Assembly (NCBI GenBank): GCA_965219085.1 | Contig: OZ244720.1 | Location: 2,176,001-2,240,000, forward strand | Length of the DNA stretch: 64,000 nucleotides | Reading direction: 5' to 3' | Origin: Dehalococcoidia bacterium | Lineage (GTDB): Bacteria; Chloroflexota; Dehalococcoidia; UBA2979 | Shown here: positions 9,099 to 18,902 of the stretch, piece by piece | How positions within the stretch are numbered: position 1 is the first letter of the stretch | Layout: each line of letters begins with the position of its first letter | Translations under genes and position numbers: made by a program | The notes under the pieces: model-generated | Told to the model about the DNA's origin: nothing | Seen by the model: the letters and a program-made list of their open reading frames with translations, nothing else | The model's database searches: none

Positions 9099-10553
9099 AT
9101 GGCGTTACCCCCCCAGTTCGACGAGCCCCCGTTCCGCTCCCTGGAGCGCATCGACGACGCCATCGATCGTGGGCAGGAGCGCGCGTTCCGCGTGCTGTGG
9201 TTCTGGACGCCGCCCGGATCTGTGGCGCGCAACCCGCAGTTCCAGGCGCTGCTCGCCTCGCGCTTCCTCGCCGACATGGCGCAGCAGGCGCTGCTCTTCG
9301 GTGCGCTGATCGCGATCGCCCGTGGCGGCGGCGGCGCGTTCGAGGCGGGCCTGCTCGGCTGTGCCTTCCTGCTCCCGGGCGTCGCGCTTGGGATGTACGG
9401 CGGCGCCGTCGCCGACGCGCTCCCGAAGCGCGTCGCCCTCGCCGGCGCCTACGTCGGGATGGGCGCACTCACGCTCGCGATCCCGCTGGCGCTCGGGACC
9501 GAGTTCGGCGCGCTGCTGCTCGTGCTGTTCCTGGTCCGCGTGCTGTTCCAGGTCTCGCAGCCGAGCGAGGCCTCGACGGTGCCGCTCGTCGCGACCACCG
9601 ACGAGCTCGCCGGCGCCACCTCGATGCTCGGGCTGGTCTCGTCGGCGGGCGAGCTGATCGGCAAGGCGCTGCTGGCGCCGGTGATCGTGCGCGCGTTCGG
9701 GGTGAACCCCGTGACGATCATGGCGGGGCTGCTGTTCCTGCTCTCCGCCACCCGCGTCTTCGACCTCCGCCCCCCGGCGCCCGCAGGCGCGGACCCCAAC
9801 GCCCCGCCCGTGCCCCCGCCCTCGACGCGCGAGGCGCTGCAGTGGCTGCTCGACGAACGAAGCGTGCTGATCATGCTCGTGCTCGCCGGTCTCGCGAGCA
9901 CGGTCAACGTCGTGCTCGGCATCCTCGGGCCGCAGTACGTGAGCGAGGTGCTCGACGTCGATCCGGCGAACGCGCTCTACGTGTTCGCGCCCGCGCCTAT
10001 TGGGCTGCTGCTCGCGCTCGCGATCACCCCGTTGCTCATCGGGCGCGCCGGCGAGCGGCCGGTGGCGGTCACGGGATTCGCGCTGGTCGCCGCCGTCATG
10101 ACGGCGCTTGGTCTCGTCGCGCCGCTGAGCGAGGCCGTGGCTTTCCTGTTCGTGGTGGACATCCCCGGTGTCGGGCCGAGGGTCGAAACCGCGGCGGTGC
10201 TCTCGATCTTCCTCGGCTTCGGCGTCACCCTCGCGGCCGTCGCGACACAGACCTACGTCAGCCGCACGGTGCCGCTGCGGATCCAGGGGCGGGCGTTCGC
10301 GCTGCTCGGGGTGCTCAAGGACGGACTCGCGATCTTCCCGCTGCTCGTGCTGGGCGCGATCGCCAGCAAGGTCGGCGTCGACGTGGTGATCACCGTCTCA
10401 CCGGTGTTCCTGCTCGCCATCGCCGTCGGCCTCGACCGCCTCGTGTCGCGCTGGCGCACGCCGGTGCCTGACGCCGGTGGCGGGTCCGGCGAGGGGCCAA
10501 CGGACGAGCCCTCCTCGGGAGCGCCGCCGGCGACTTCGGACGCTGCTCAGTAG
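9099..10553 (+). CDS. MFS transporter
   Basis: About 12 hydrophobic segments; GAVADALPKR and VPLRIQGRAF loops; ATG at 9099 (the rest of the listed ORF upstream is a shadow). Confidence 0.8.
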   Translation: MALPPQFDEPPFRSLERIDDAIDRGQERAFRVLWFWTPPGSVARNPQFQALLASRFLADMAQQALLFGALIAIARGGGGAFEAGLLGCAFLLPGVALGMYGGAVADALPKRVALAGAYVGMGALTLAIPLALGTEFGALLLVLFLVRVLFQVSQPSEASTVPLVATTDELAGATSMLGLVSSAGELIGKALLAPVIVRAFGVNPVTIMAGLLFLLSATRVFDLRPPAPAGADPNAPPVPPPSTREALQWLLDERSVLIMLVLAGLASTVNVVLGILGPQYVSEVLDVDPANALYVFAPAPIGLLLALAITPLLIGRAGERPVAVTGFALVAAVMTALGLVAPLSEAVAFLFVVDIPGVGPRVETAAVLSIFLGFGVTLAAVATQTYVSRTVPLRIQGRAFALLGVLKDGLAIFPLLVLGAIASKVGVDVVITVSPVFLLAIAVGLDRLVSRWRTPVPDAGGGSGEGPTDEPSSGAPPATSDAAQ

Positions 10554-10559
10554 CCCGCG

Positions 10560-11615
10560 CTACGGGTAGAGCGGCGTCCGTTCGAGGCCGAGTCTCTGGT
10601 CGTAGCCGAACATCAGGTTGAGGTTCTGTAGCGCGTTCCCGCTCTGCCCCTTGAGCAGGTTGTCGATCGACGACATCACCACCACGCGGCTCTCATCGGG
10701 CGAGGTCACGAGCGAGATGTCGCAGAAGTTCGACCCGGCCGTGCCCTTGAGCGTCGGCGGCGTGTCGAGCACGCGCACGAACGGCGCGTCGTCGTAGTAC
10801 TCGCGGTAGCGCTCGAGCAGCGCCTCGCGCGACGCGGAGCGCGTGAGCGACATGTGCATCGTGCTGAGGATGCCGCGCGTCATGCCGAGCAGGTGCGGGA
10901 CGAAATGCACGCTCGCGTCACCGCCAGCGAGCCCTCCGAGCGTGTGCTGGGCCTCGACGACGTGCTGGTGGCTGAAGACGCGGTACGGGACGACATTGTC
11001 GTTGAGGTGCGAGAAGTGCTGCGCGGCCGCCGGCTTCTTGCCCGCGCCCGAGGAGCCCGTGAGCCCGTCGACCGTCACCGTGTTGCCCTCGACGAGTCCG
11101 TCGGCGAAGAGCGGCGCGAGGCCGAGGATGATGCCGACGGCGAAGCAGCCGGGGTTGCCGACGATCGGCGACGCGGCGACTGCGTCGCCGGTCAGCTCCG
11201 GCACGCCGTAGCTCGCGCGCTCCAGCAGCGCCTCGGCGCCGTGCCCGTCACTGCCGATCGAGGGGTGCGCGGCGGCGTAGCGCGCGTAGGAGGCGGCGTC
11301 GGGGAAGCGGAAGTCGCCGGAGTAGTCGAGGAAGCGCACGCCGGCGTCGGCGAGCGCGGGCGCGTAGCCCATCGACACGCGGTCGGGCGTGGCGAAGACG
11401 ACGACGTCGCAGTCGCTGCCGATCGAGGCCTCGTCGGGCCCTTGCACGACGAGGTCGGTGCGGCCGTGGAGGTGCGGGTAGACATCGGCGATGCGTCGGC
11501 CTGCGTCGTCACGCGCGACGAGGGCGGTCGCTTCGAGTTCGGGATGCTGCAGCAACATCTCGATCATGCCGAGACCGCCGTAGCCGGTTGCCCCGACGAG
11601 TTGCACGCGCGGCAT
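10560..11615 (-). CDS. argC: N-acetyl-gamma-glutamyl-phosphate reductase
   Basis: VGATGYGG, VGNPGCF, SSGAGKK and IDNLLKGQSG motifs; ATG at 11615 with GGAGG RBS. Confidence 0.92.
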   Translation of the reverse strand: MPRVQLVGATGYGGLGMIEMLLQHPELEATALVARDDAGRRIADVYPHLHGRTDLVVQGPDEASIGSDCDVVVFATPDRVSMGYAPALADAGVRFLDYSGDFRFPDAASYARYAAAHPSIGSDGHGAEALLERASYGVPELTGDAVAASPIVGNPGCFAVGIILGLAPLFADGLVEGNTVTVDGLTGSSGAGKKPAAAQHFSHLNDNVVPYRVFSHQHVVEAQHTLGGLAGGDASVHFVPHLLGMTRGILSTMHMSLTRSASREALLERYREYYDDAPFVRVLDTPPTLKGTAGSNFCDISLVTSPDESRVVVMSSIDNLLKGQSGNALQNLNLMFGYDQRLGLERTPLYP

Positions 11616-11751
11616 GGTGTCTTCCTCCGGTCCGCATCGAGTGGCGGCGTGTGCCGTAGACAGCATAGGGGGCGCGCCGAAGTGCCGGAAGATCGGCGCG
11701 CCGGGCGATCAGTGCCCCGCCTGGTCGCCTCACAGCGCGCACGGGAACTCC

Positions 11752-12645
11752 TCAGCCGGCAGGGGACCAGCCGTCGTCCAGAATCGGACGGTAGCCGAGC
11801 ATGAACATCGCGGACTGGAGGGCGAGCAGGCGTCGGGGCTGGGGCAGTTCCCCGAACGGCCCGTATGCGGCGAGGTCCCCGAGCAGCCACGCGGCGATCA
11901 CGTTTGAACTCGCATACTGCTTGGCGTCGCGCCACCGCATGTGCCTGAAGCGCAGGCTGCCACACGACGGATTCCGCTTGGTTCGTCCTTGGGACGGCGG
12001 AATGCTGAAGGCGAGTTGCCACGGGACGGTGCCGCGGCCGTTCTCCTCGCAGTAGCGCCTCACCATGCTCGCGAGCGCGCAGGCGACTCTGCTGTCGTAG
12101 ATGGGGAAGCCGTCGAGGAGGAGCGCGTGGATCTTGCTGAAGCCGGAGTTCAAATGGTTGATCTCGTTCAACCGGTCCAGGTCTGCGCGCGCCGGATCGA
12201 GTCGAGCGGCATCCTCGCAAACGACCCTGAGCGTGTCCGTCCCCAGCTGCTCCAACGTGACGCGGTTCCGCCGCACCCCCGCGCCTCCCCACTCGACCAC
12301 GGCGGTGGCCGCTGTCAGGAACGCCTGCGCTTCCCTATCCTTGGCCGCCTGCCGAAGCCCCCTGGACAGGCGATCGAGTGCGGCGAAGTTGTCCTCACGC
12401 GACCGCCTGCGGGTCGGAGTCGACTCACCGGGGAGCTGCTCGCTGAATGGCCAATCGAACTTGAGGTATGCCTCGAACACGGACTCACAGCGAAACGAGC
12501 CCAGGCGGTGGCTATCCCACTCGTGCCTGACCGCGCGCTCGCCGGTGACGTACGGGCGAGCCCAACCCAGGAATGCACACACTTCGGCGTCGGCGAGATA
12601 GGTGTCACGGTTCACCGGCAGCTCCCATCGAGAACCAGCGCTCAT
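11752..12645 (-). CDS. Hypothetical protein, possibly glycosylase/HhH-like fold
   Basis: 297-aa ORF with less biased codon usage; motifs VVEWGG, NSGFSKI, PIYDSRV. Confidence 0.6.
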   Translation of the reverse strand: MSAGSRWELPVNRDTYLADAEVCAFLGWARPYVTGERAVRHEWDSHRLGSFRCESVFEAYLKFDWPFSEQLPGESTPTRRRSREDNFAALDRLSRGLRQAAKDREAQAFLTAATAVVEWGGAGVRRNRVTLEQLGTDTLRVVCEDAARLDPARADLDRLNEINHLNSGFSKIHALLLDGFPIYDSRVACALASMVRRYCEENGRGTVPWQLAFSIPPSQGRTKRNPSCGSLRFRHMRWRDAKQYASSNVIAAWLLGDLAAYGPFGELPQPRRLLALQSAMFMLGYRPILDDGWSPAG

Positions 12646-12824
12646 CGACGATGGTAGTCAAGCACAGAACCTCGTTCTTGAATCGGCGCGTTCCCCGCGC
12701 CCCTACTAAAGGCAATGCGCGAGAACTTGAATAAGGATGCGGCGTGGTATACCGCGCTTGAATAGCGTGAGCTGATGCGCAGTTCCGGGATCACACCCCG
12801 GCCGCCCGTGCTACGGTCAGAGGT

Positions 12825-13361
12825 GTGACCACCGACCAGCCCACCTGGCGCGACTTCCTCACCCTCGATGACCCTGCGCTGTTCGCGCAGTGCAACTTCG
12901 ACCGCTTCCGCGCGAGCGGGCCCGGCGGGCAGAAACGCAACGTCACCGACTCGGCAGTGCGGCTGCGGCACCGCCCCTCCGGCGTCAGCGCCGAGTCCAA
13001 CGAGTCGCGGTCGCAGCACGAGAACCGCGCGCGGGCCCTGCGTCGGCTGCGGCGCGCGATGGCCGTCGGCCTGCGCGCGCCCGCGACTCTCGACGGCTAC
13101 AAGCGGCCGCCGGAGTTGGAGGCGGTGCGCACGACGAACGGCCGCCTCTCGGTCGGCCGGCGCGACGCGCGCTTCCTGCCCGCCGTTGCAGCGGTCTTCG
13201 ACCTGCTTGAGGCGGCCGGTTGGCGGCTCGGCGACGCCGCACGGGCGGCGGGTGTCTCGACGGCGTCCCTCGGGCGGGTGCTGGCGCAGGATCCGGCCGT
13301 GTGGCGGGCGGCGAACGAGCGCCGCCGCGCGCACGGGCTGTCGGGGCTGCGCGCAAGGTAG
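12825..13361 (+). CDS. Peptide chain release factor-like protein (GGQ domain plus C-terminal helical domain)
   Basis: [21 protein letters not shown] and RSQHENR motifs; no codon-recognition domain. Confidence 0.85.
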   Translation: MTTDQPTWRDFLTLDDPALFAQCNFDRFRASGPGGQKRNVTDSAVRLRHRPSGVSAESNESRSQHENRARALRRLRRAMAVGLRAPATLDGYKRPPELEAVRTTNGRLSVGRRDARFLPAVAAVFDLLEAAGWRLGDAARAAGVSTASLGRVLAQDPAVWRAANERRRAHGLSGLRAR

Positions 13362-13368
13362 CGCGCGG

Positions 13369-14619
13369 CTAACGCAGGTCGAACGGGCGCGACTCGATCG
13401 GCACGATCTTGCCGCCGCGGTACTCCCAGATCTCGACGAACCCTGTCGCGAGGTCGCCGGTCGCGTTCCAGTCGAGAGGCGAGGCCGCCCCGTCGTAGTC
13501 GATCTCCTCGCCGTTGCGGACGGCCTCGAGGGCCTCAGCGACGCCTTCGGGTCCCGCGATAACGGTGCGGCCCGGCGGCTGCACGACGTTGCGCAACTGG
13601 TCGCGGATCGCCGCGCTGTCCGTGGAGCCGGCGGCCTCGGCGGCGAGGGCGATCGCGATCACCGCGTCGTAGCCCTCGCGCACGTACGCGCGGGCGGGCT
13701 CCTCGCCGAACTGCGCGACGTAGGCGCGGTTCCACGCCGCCGTCGAGGGCTCGTCGTCGCTGTTGCCGGGCGCAGTGCCCTTCGTGCCGTCGAGGTGTTC
13801 GGGGCCGATCTTCGCGGCGAGGTCCTCGCTGCGGGTGGCGTCGGCGAAGACGAACTTCGTGAAGACGCCGTTCTCGATCGACTCGCGCAGGAAGACCTCG
13901 GCCTCGCCGGGGAAGGCGATCACCACGAGCAACTCGGCGCCGCCGCTCGCCGCCTGCTGCAGCTCCGCGAGGTACGAGGTCTGCCCGAGCGCCGAGTACG
14001 AGGCGGCAGTGACCGTGCCGGAGAAGTGGTCCGTGAACACCTCGGCCGACCCCTGGCCGTACGCGTCGTCGCGGTACAGCAGCCCGACGTTGTCGAGCCC
14101 CTCCTCCTCGGCGAGCGCGGCGAGCACTACGCCCTTCGCGACGTCGGAGGGGGCGCTGCGGAACAGGAAGTCGTTGTCGTTCGACGTCGACAGCGCGGGC
14201 GAGGACGCCGACGGCGTGATCATCACCACACCTGACGGGCCGATCACGCTCTCGGTGACGGCGAGCGTCACCGTGCTGGAGATCGCTCCGACGATCGCCT
14301 GCACGCCCGCGATCTCGACCAGCCGACGGGCCTCCTCGACGCCCTGCGTCGGGTTCACCTTCGTGTCCCCGAAGAACAGTTCGACGTCGCGGCCGTTGAC
14401 GCCGCCGGCCTCGTTGACGTGCTGCACGGCCAGCTCGACGCCGACGCTGACGACATCGCCGAGCTCGGCGATAGAGCCGGAGCGGTCGGCGAGGTAGCCG
14501 ATGCGCAGCGGCTCACCCTCGAAGTCCCCGCCGTCCCCGCCGTCGTCGCCCTCGCAGGCGACGAGGAGGGCAAGGGCAGCGAGCAGCGGGGCGAGCCTTC
14601 GGCGAATCACGTTGCGCAT
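13369..14619 (-). CDS. Branched-chain amino-acid-type ABC substrate-binding lipoprotein
   Basis: Lipobox LVAC; NEAGGVNGR, VGAISS and FLFRSAPSD motifs. Confidence 0.88.
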   Translation of the reverse strand: MRNVIRRRLAPLLAALALLVACEGDDGGDGGDFEGEPLRIGYLADRSGSIAELGDVVSVGVELAVQHVNEAGGVNGRDVELFFGDTKVNPTQGVEEARRLVEIAGVQAIVGAISSTVTLAVTESVIGPSGVVMITPSASSPALSTSNDNDFLFRSAPSDVAKGVVLAALAEEEGLDNVGLLYRDDAYGQGSAEVFTDHFSGTVTAASYSALGQTSYLAELQQAASGGAELLVVIAFPGEAEVFLRESIENGVFTKFVFADATRSEDLAAKIGPEHLDGTKGTAPGNSDDEPSTAAWNRAYVAQFGEEPARAYVREGYDAVIAIALAAEAAGSTDSAAIRDQLRNVVQPPGRTVIAGPEGVAEALEAVRNGEEIDYDGAASPLDWNATGDLATGFVEIWEYRGGKIVPIESRPFDLR

Positions 14620-14647
14620 ACGCGGAGCCTACCAGCGCGACGGCGTA

Positions 14648-14959
14648 TCAGACACGCTCGATGGTGGCTGTCAGCCCGAACGATTCGAGGCGGTCGCGGT
14701 ACAGCTCGGCGCGTTCGAGCGGACAGGCGATGACCTCGGCGCGGCCGCGCAGGTGCGTCTCGATCATGATCTCCATCGCGCGTTCCGTGCTGAGTTCCGG
14801 CACCGAGGCGAGCAGGGCCCGCACAACGTGGCCCATCTCGTTGACGTCGTCGTTGTGCAGCAACACGCGGTAGGGCGGCAGCGTCTCGCTCAGCGAGCGC
14901 TCACGCACCTCGGGGTCGCGCGTGGGCGCGGACGGCGTCGGGGTGGGCGGCGAGGTCAC
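14648..14959 (-). CDS. clpS: ATP-dependent Clp protease adaptor ClpS
   Basis: PPYRVLLHNDD...IMIETH..GRAEV...AELY motif. Confidence 0.88.
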   Translation of the reverse strand: MTSPPTPTPSAPTRDPEVRERSLSETLPPYRVLLHNDDVNEMGHVVRALLASVPELSTERAMEIMIETHLRGRAEVIACPLERAELYRDRLESFGLTATIERV

Positions 14960-14972
14960 CGGCGGACGGGCG

Positions 14973-15401
14973 TCAGTTGTAGCGCCAGGTGGTCGTGCGC
15001 TTCGGGTGCAGGCGCAGGATCACCTCGCCGGGGCGGGGCTCCGAGGGCAAGTCGTCCTCGGGGGCGCCGCGCTGGCGCCGTCCCTCGCGCTCCAGCGCCA
15101 GGCGCTCGTCCGCATCGCGCACGACCTCGAGGTCGCCCTGCAGCAGCACGCCGCTCCAGTCGCCACTCGCCTTCGAGCCGGTGACGACGATCGAGGCGCG
15201 CGGGTCGCGCTCGGCGTTGCGGACCTTGCGCGTGCCGTCCGGCGTGCCGACGCAGATGTCGTCCCCGACGCGGTAGTAGCCGAGCGGGACCACGTGCGGG
15301 TAGCCGTCCTCGTCGACCGTGGCGAGTAGCGCCCACTCCTCGCGCGCGTCGAAGTAGTCGTGGAGTTCGTCGCCTTCGATCCGGCGTTGTCCGGTCGTCA
15401 T
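14973..15401 (-). CDS. Pyridoxamine 5'-phosphate oxidase family (split-barrel, possibly F420-binding)
   Basis: LATVDEDGYPHVVP...KVRNAERDPRAS motif. Confidence 0.8.
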   Translation of the reverse strand: MTTGQRRIEGDELHDYFDAREEWALLATVDEDGYPHVVPLGYYRVGDDICVGTPDGTRKVRNAERDPRASIVVTGSKASGDWSGVLLQGDLEVVRDADERLALEREGRRQRGAPEDDLPSEPRPGEVILRLHPKRTTTWRYN

Positions 15402-16429
15402 GTCGTGCCTCCGTCCCCGCCGTCGAACACGAGGTCCATCCAGCGGTGCTCGATGCCGGCGTCGAGGAATACGTCGCCGCGCGCGACGTAGCCGAGCTTC
15501 GCGTAGAACCCGACGGCGTACTCCTGCGCGGCGAGCGTCACGCCGGCGTAGCCGCGCCGTCGCGCCTCGTCGTGCAGCGCCTCCATCACGCCGACGCCCC
15601 AGTAGCGCCCTCGCTCCGCTCTGAGCACGGCGACGCGGCCGATGTGTGGGTACTCCCCTGAGGCCCCGCGGGGTATCCCCGCGTCGGGATGAGCCATGTC
15701 CAGCAATAGCCGGGCCGTGGCCACGGGCCGGCCGTCGAGGCGGCCGAGGACGTGGACGGCGTCGGTCACGGTCGCGGGGTCGCCGTCGTAGCGGTCGATC
15801 TCCTCGTCCTCGTCGATGCGCTGCTCCTCGATGAAGACGGCGCGCCGCACGCTCAGCGCCGCCCGCATCTCCCCGGGCGTCGTGACGACGGAGACGCGGT
15901 AGCCCGGCGCGACGCGCGCCTCGAACTCCACGGCGGACTGCAGCGTGAGCTGCATCTCGATGATGTCGACCCAGCGCCCGAACTTGTAGCCGAACTCACG
16001 CCGCAGCGCCGTGCGCTCGAAGCCGAGCGACTCGAAGAGCGCGATGCTGGCCGCGTTCCCCGAGGTGATGCGCGCGATGAGCACGTGCAGGTCGCGCTCG
16101 TGCGCGCCCGCGATCAGCGCCTCGATGAGCTGCCGGCCGACGCCGCCGCGATGGTGGCGAGGGTCGACGTAGACGGTGACCTCGCGCGTGAAACGGAAGC
16201 CGAACTTCTGCATCGGCGTGAAGTGCGCGAAACCGATTACCGTCCCCTCACCCTGCGCGACGATCACCATCTCGTCGCGGTACGTCTCCAGCCACCTACG
16301 ACGCCGCGCGTCGGTCCACGGCCACTCGTCGAGCGTGGCGACGCCTTCGAGGATCTCGCGGTTGTAGATGCGCTGGATCGCGGGCACATCGTGTGCGCCG
16401 GCGGGTCGGATCGTGATGGGCTGCCCCAC
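15398..16429 (-). CDS. Tandem GNAT acetyltransferase fusion (Pat/YncA-like plus ElaA/YjcF-like)
   Basis: N-domain IYNREI...VYVDP..RGGVG...NAASI...GYKFGRW; C-domain VRRAVFIEEQ...IGRVAV...FLDAGIEH. Confidence 0.82.
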   Translation of the reverse strand: MGQPITIRPAGAHDVPAIQRIYNREILEGVATLDEWPWTDARRRRWLETYRDEMVIVAQGEGTVIGFAHFTPMQKFGFRFTREVTVYVDPRHHRGGVGRQLIEALIAGAHERDLHVLIARITSGNAASIALFESLGFERTALRREFGYKFGRWVDIIEMQLTLQSAVEFEARVAPGYRVSVVTTPGEMRAALSVRRAVFIEEQRIDEDEEIDRYDGDPATVTDAVHVLGRLDGRPVATARLLLDMAHPDAGIPRGASGEYPHIGRVAVLRAERGRYWGVGVMEALHDEARRRGYAGVTLAAQEYAVGFYAKLGYVARGDVFLDAGIEHRWMDLVFDGGDGGTT

Positions 16430-16528
16430 GCGCTACTCGCTTTCGCTGATCTGTGGCGGGTGGCCGCGATTCTACCGGCCCGCTCCGCGGCATCGCGTAT
16501 CCTGCCCTGAGTCCGAGGGGAGGGCGAG

Positions 16529-17458
16529 ATGGCGACGACCGACACAACGACCGCGGCGCAACTCGACGGGTGGTTCGAGTCGCTCTCCAACTGGGGGCGC
16601 TGGGGCGACGACGACCAGCGAGGCGCGCTCAACCTCATCACCGACGCCAAGCGCGCCGAGGCAGCCTCGCTGGTGCGCGAGGGCGCCATCGTGAGTTGCG
16701 CCCAGGAGCTCCCGAAGCGCCCCGCCCCCGACAACCCGACGCCCGTCGTACACGCGATGCAGGGCGGGGGTGACGTGACCAGGGGCGGGATGGGCGGCGC
16801 GAGCGACTTCTTCGCGATCAACCCGCACGGCTACGCGACCACGCACCTCGACGCGCTCTGCCATATCTTCCACAAGGACCAGATGTACAACGGCTACCCC
16901 GCTTCGATGGTCACGAGCCTCGGCGCGCGCCTCAACAGCATCATGGCCGGCCAGGACGGCATCGTGAGCCGTGGCGTGCTGCTCGACATCCCCGCCTTGC
17001 GGGGCGTCGACTACCTCGAACCCGGCGAGCGCATCCTCGTCTCCGACCTCGAGGCCGCGGAGGAGCGCGAGGGCGTGCGCGTCACGCCCGGCGACATCCT
17101 GCTCGTGCGCACCGGCCGCGACGAGCGCAACGCCGCCGAGGGCCGTTGGGATCCCATGACGGGCGGCCTCGCGGGGCTCTCGGGCGAGACGGCGCCATGG
17201 CTGCGCGAACGCGACATCGCGGTGCTGGGGGGCGACGGCGTCTCGGACGCGCTGCCGACGCTGACGCCGGAGTGGGCGATGCCGATTCACACGCTCGCCC
17301 TCGTCGCGCTGGGCGTGCATCTCATCGACAACATGCAGCTCTCCCGCCTCGCCGAGGCGTGCGGGGCGCTCGGGCGGTGGGAGTTCCAGCTGATGCTGGC
17401 GCCGCTGCGGCTGGCGCAGGGCACCGGGTCGCCGGTGAACCCGATCGCCCTGTTCTGA
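16529..17458 (+). CDS. Cyclase family protein (kynurenine formamidase-like)
   Basis: NWGRWGDDDQRGALN, HGYATTHLDALCH, GTGSPVNPIA. Confidence 0.88.
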   Translation: MATTDTTTAAQLDGWFESLSNWGRWGDDDQRGALNLITDAKRAEAASLVREGAIVSCAQELPKRPAPDNPTPVVHAMQGGGDVTRGGMGGASDFFAINPHGYATTHLDALCHIFHKDQMYNGYPASMVTSLGARLNSIMAGQDGIVSRGVLLDIPALRGVDYLEPGERILVSDLEAAEEREGVRVTPGDILLVRTGRDERNAAEGRWDPMTGGLAGLSGETAPWLRERDIAVLGGDGVSDALPTLTPEWAMPIHTLALVALGVHLIDNMQLSRLAEACGALGRWEFQLMLAPLRLAQGTGSPVNPIALF

Positions 17459-17537
17459 CCTCGACCCGTCGAGGCGGCGTGATGCGATACGCTGCCGCCT
17501 CGACACCAGCGACGACTCGCGAAGGGCGGAGGGCCTG

Positions 17538-17864
17538 ATGATCTACGAACTGCGGACGTACGAGGCGGCGCCGGGCAAAATGGCCGCACTGAATGCGCGC
17601 TTCCGCGACCACACGATGCGCATCTTCGGCAACCACGGTCTGGAGGTCGTCGGGTTCTGGACGTACGCCCACGGCGGCTGGTCCGACCAGCTCGTCTACC
17701 TCATGCGCTTCGACGACATGGACGACCGCGCGGCCAAGTGGGCCGCCTTCGCGGCCGACGAGGAGTGGCGCCAGGTCGCCGCGGAGTCGCAGCGCGACGG
17801 CACCCTGACGACGCGCATCCGTTCCGACATCCTCGCCGCCACCGACTACTCGCCGATGCAGTAG
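17538..17864 (+). CDS. NIPSNAP family protein
   Basis: IYELRTY...PGK...RF...DYSP. Confidence 0.88.
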   Translation: MIYELRTYEAAPGKMAALNARFRDHTMRIFGNHGLEVVGFWTYAHGGWSDQLVYLMRFDDMDDRAAKWAAFAADEEWRQVAAESQRDGTLTTRIRSDILAATDYSPMQ

Positions 17865-17985
17865 CCTCCCGGGCGCCCTTGGCGGCACACACTCCTCGAC
17901 GGCCCGCGCCGGGTCCGGGCCGCGCTGTGCGCGGCGATATGATGCCCGCACCCGCGGACGATTCGACACGAGGAGGGAAGCGACC

Positions 17986-18318
17986 ATGACGCAGCCACGA
18001 GACGGCGCACCGCAGGCGCGGAGCGCACTGGCGGAGATCACACCAAGGCTCGCCGAGATCACGAACGACCTCGTCTTTGGCGAGATCTGGGAGCGCCCGG
18101 GGCTGTCGAAGCGCGACCGCAGCCTGATCGTGGTTGCCGCGCTCACGGCGCTCTACCGCACCGACCAGCTGCGCGGGCATGTCGGGCGCGCGCTCGACAA
18201 TGGCGTCACGCGCGACGAGATCTCGGAGATCATCACGCACATGGCGTTCTACACCGGCTGGCCGTGCGCCGTGAACGCCGCTGCCGTGACGAAGCAGGTC
18301 TACGACGAGCGCGACTAG
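17986..18318 (+). CDS. Carboxymuconolactone decarboxylase family protein (copy 1)
   Basis: FGEIWERPGLSKRDRSL...ALDNGVTRDEI.EIITH.AFY.GWP. Confidence 0.88.
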   Translation: MTQPRDGAPQARSALAEITPRLAEITNDLVFGEIWERPGLSKRDRSLIVVAALTALYRTDQLRGHVGRALDNGVTRDEISEIITHMAFYTGWPCAVNAAAVTKQVYDERD

Positions 18319-18481
18319 CCGACCTCGGCGCGACCGGTCGGGACCGGCCGCGCGGTAGCCGACGGCACCGTCGGCTGCGCTCGCCGCCAGCCTGCTGCCC
18401 CGACACTCCAGCCTCGGACCGGACTGGCGCGGACTATCATGCCCGTGCGACACGATTCGACACGAGGAGCAGGAGGCGGCC

Positions 18482-18820
18482 ATGACACAGCCACAAGACG
18501 ACGGATCCCAGGTGAGGGACATGCTGGGGGAAGTCGCGCCGAGGCTCGCCGAGATCACGAATAGCGTGGTACTCGACCAGCTCTGGGACTACCCCGACGG
18601 CCTCTCGCCGCGCGACCGCAGCATGATCACGGTCGCCACGCTCACGGCGCTGTACCGCACCGACCAGCTGCGGGCGCACATCGGGCGTGCGCTCGACAAC
18701 GGCGTGACGCGCGACGAGATCGCCGAGATCATCACGCACCTGGCCGCCTACGCCGGCTGGCCCACGGCGGTGAACGCGGTCACCGTCGCGAAAGAGGTCT
18801 ACGACGAACGCGACGGCTAG
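18482..18820 (+). CDS. Carboxymuconolactone decarboxylase family protein (copy 2)
   Basis: Close paralogue of 17986-18318 (LSPRDRSM...ALDNGVTRDEI...YAGWP). Confidence 0.88.
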   Translation: MTQPQDDGSQVRDMLGEVAPRLAEITNSVVLDQLWDYPDGLSPRDRSMITVATLTALYRTDQLRAHIGRALDNGVTRDEIAEIITHLAAYAGWPTAVNAVTVAKEVYDERDG

Positions 18821-18902
18821 GCGATCCCGTCGCGATGGATCGGGACCGGCCTGACCAGCCGGAGTGACAACGCGCCCTCCGCGGCGCGGCGAGGAGGCAA
18901 CG

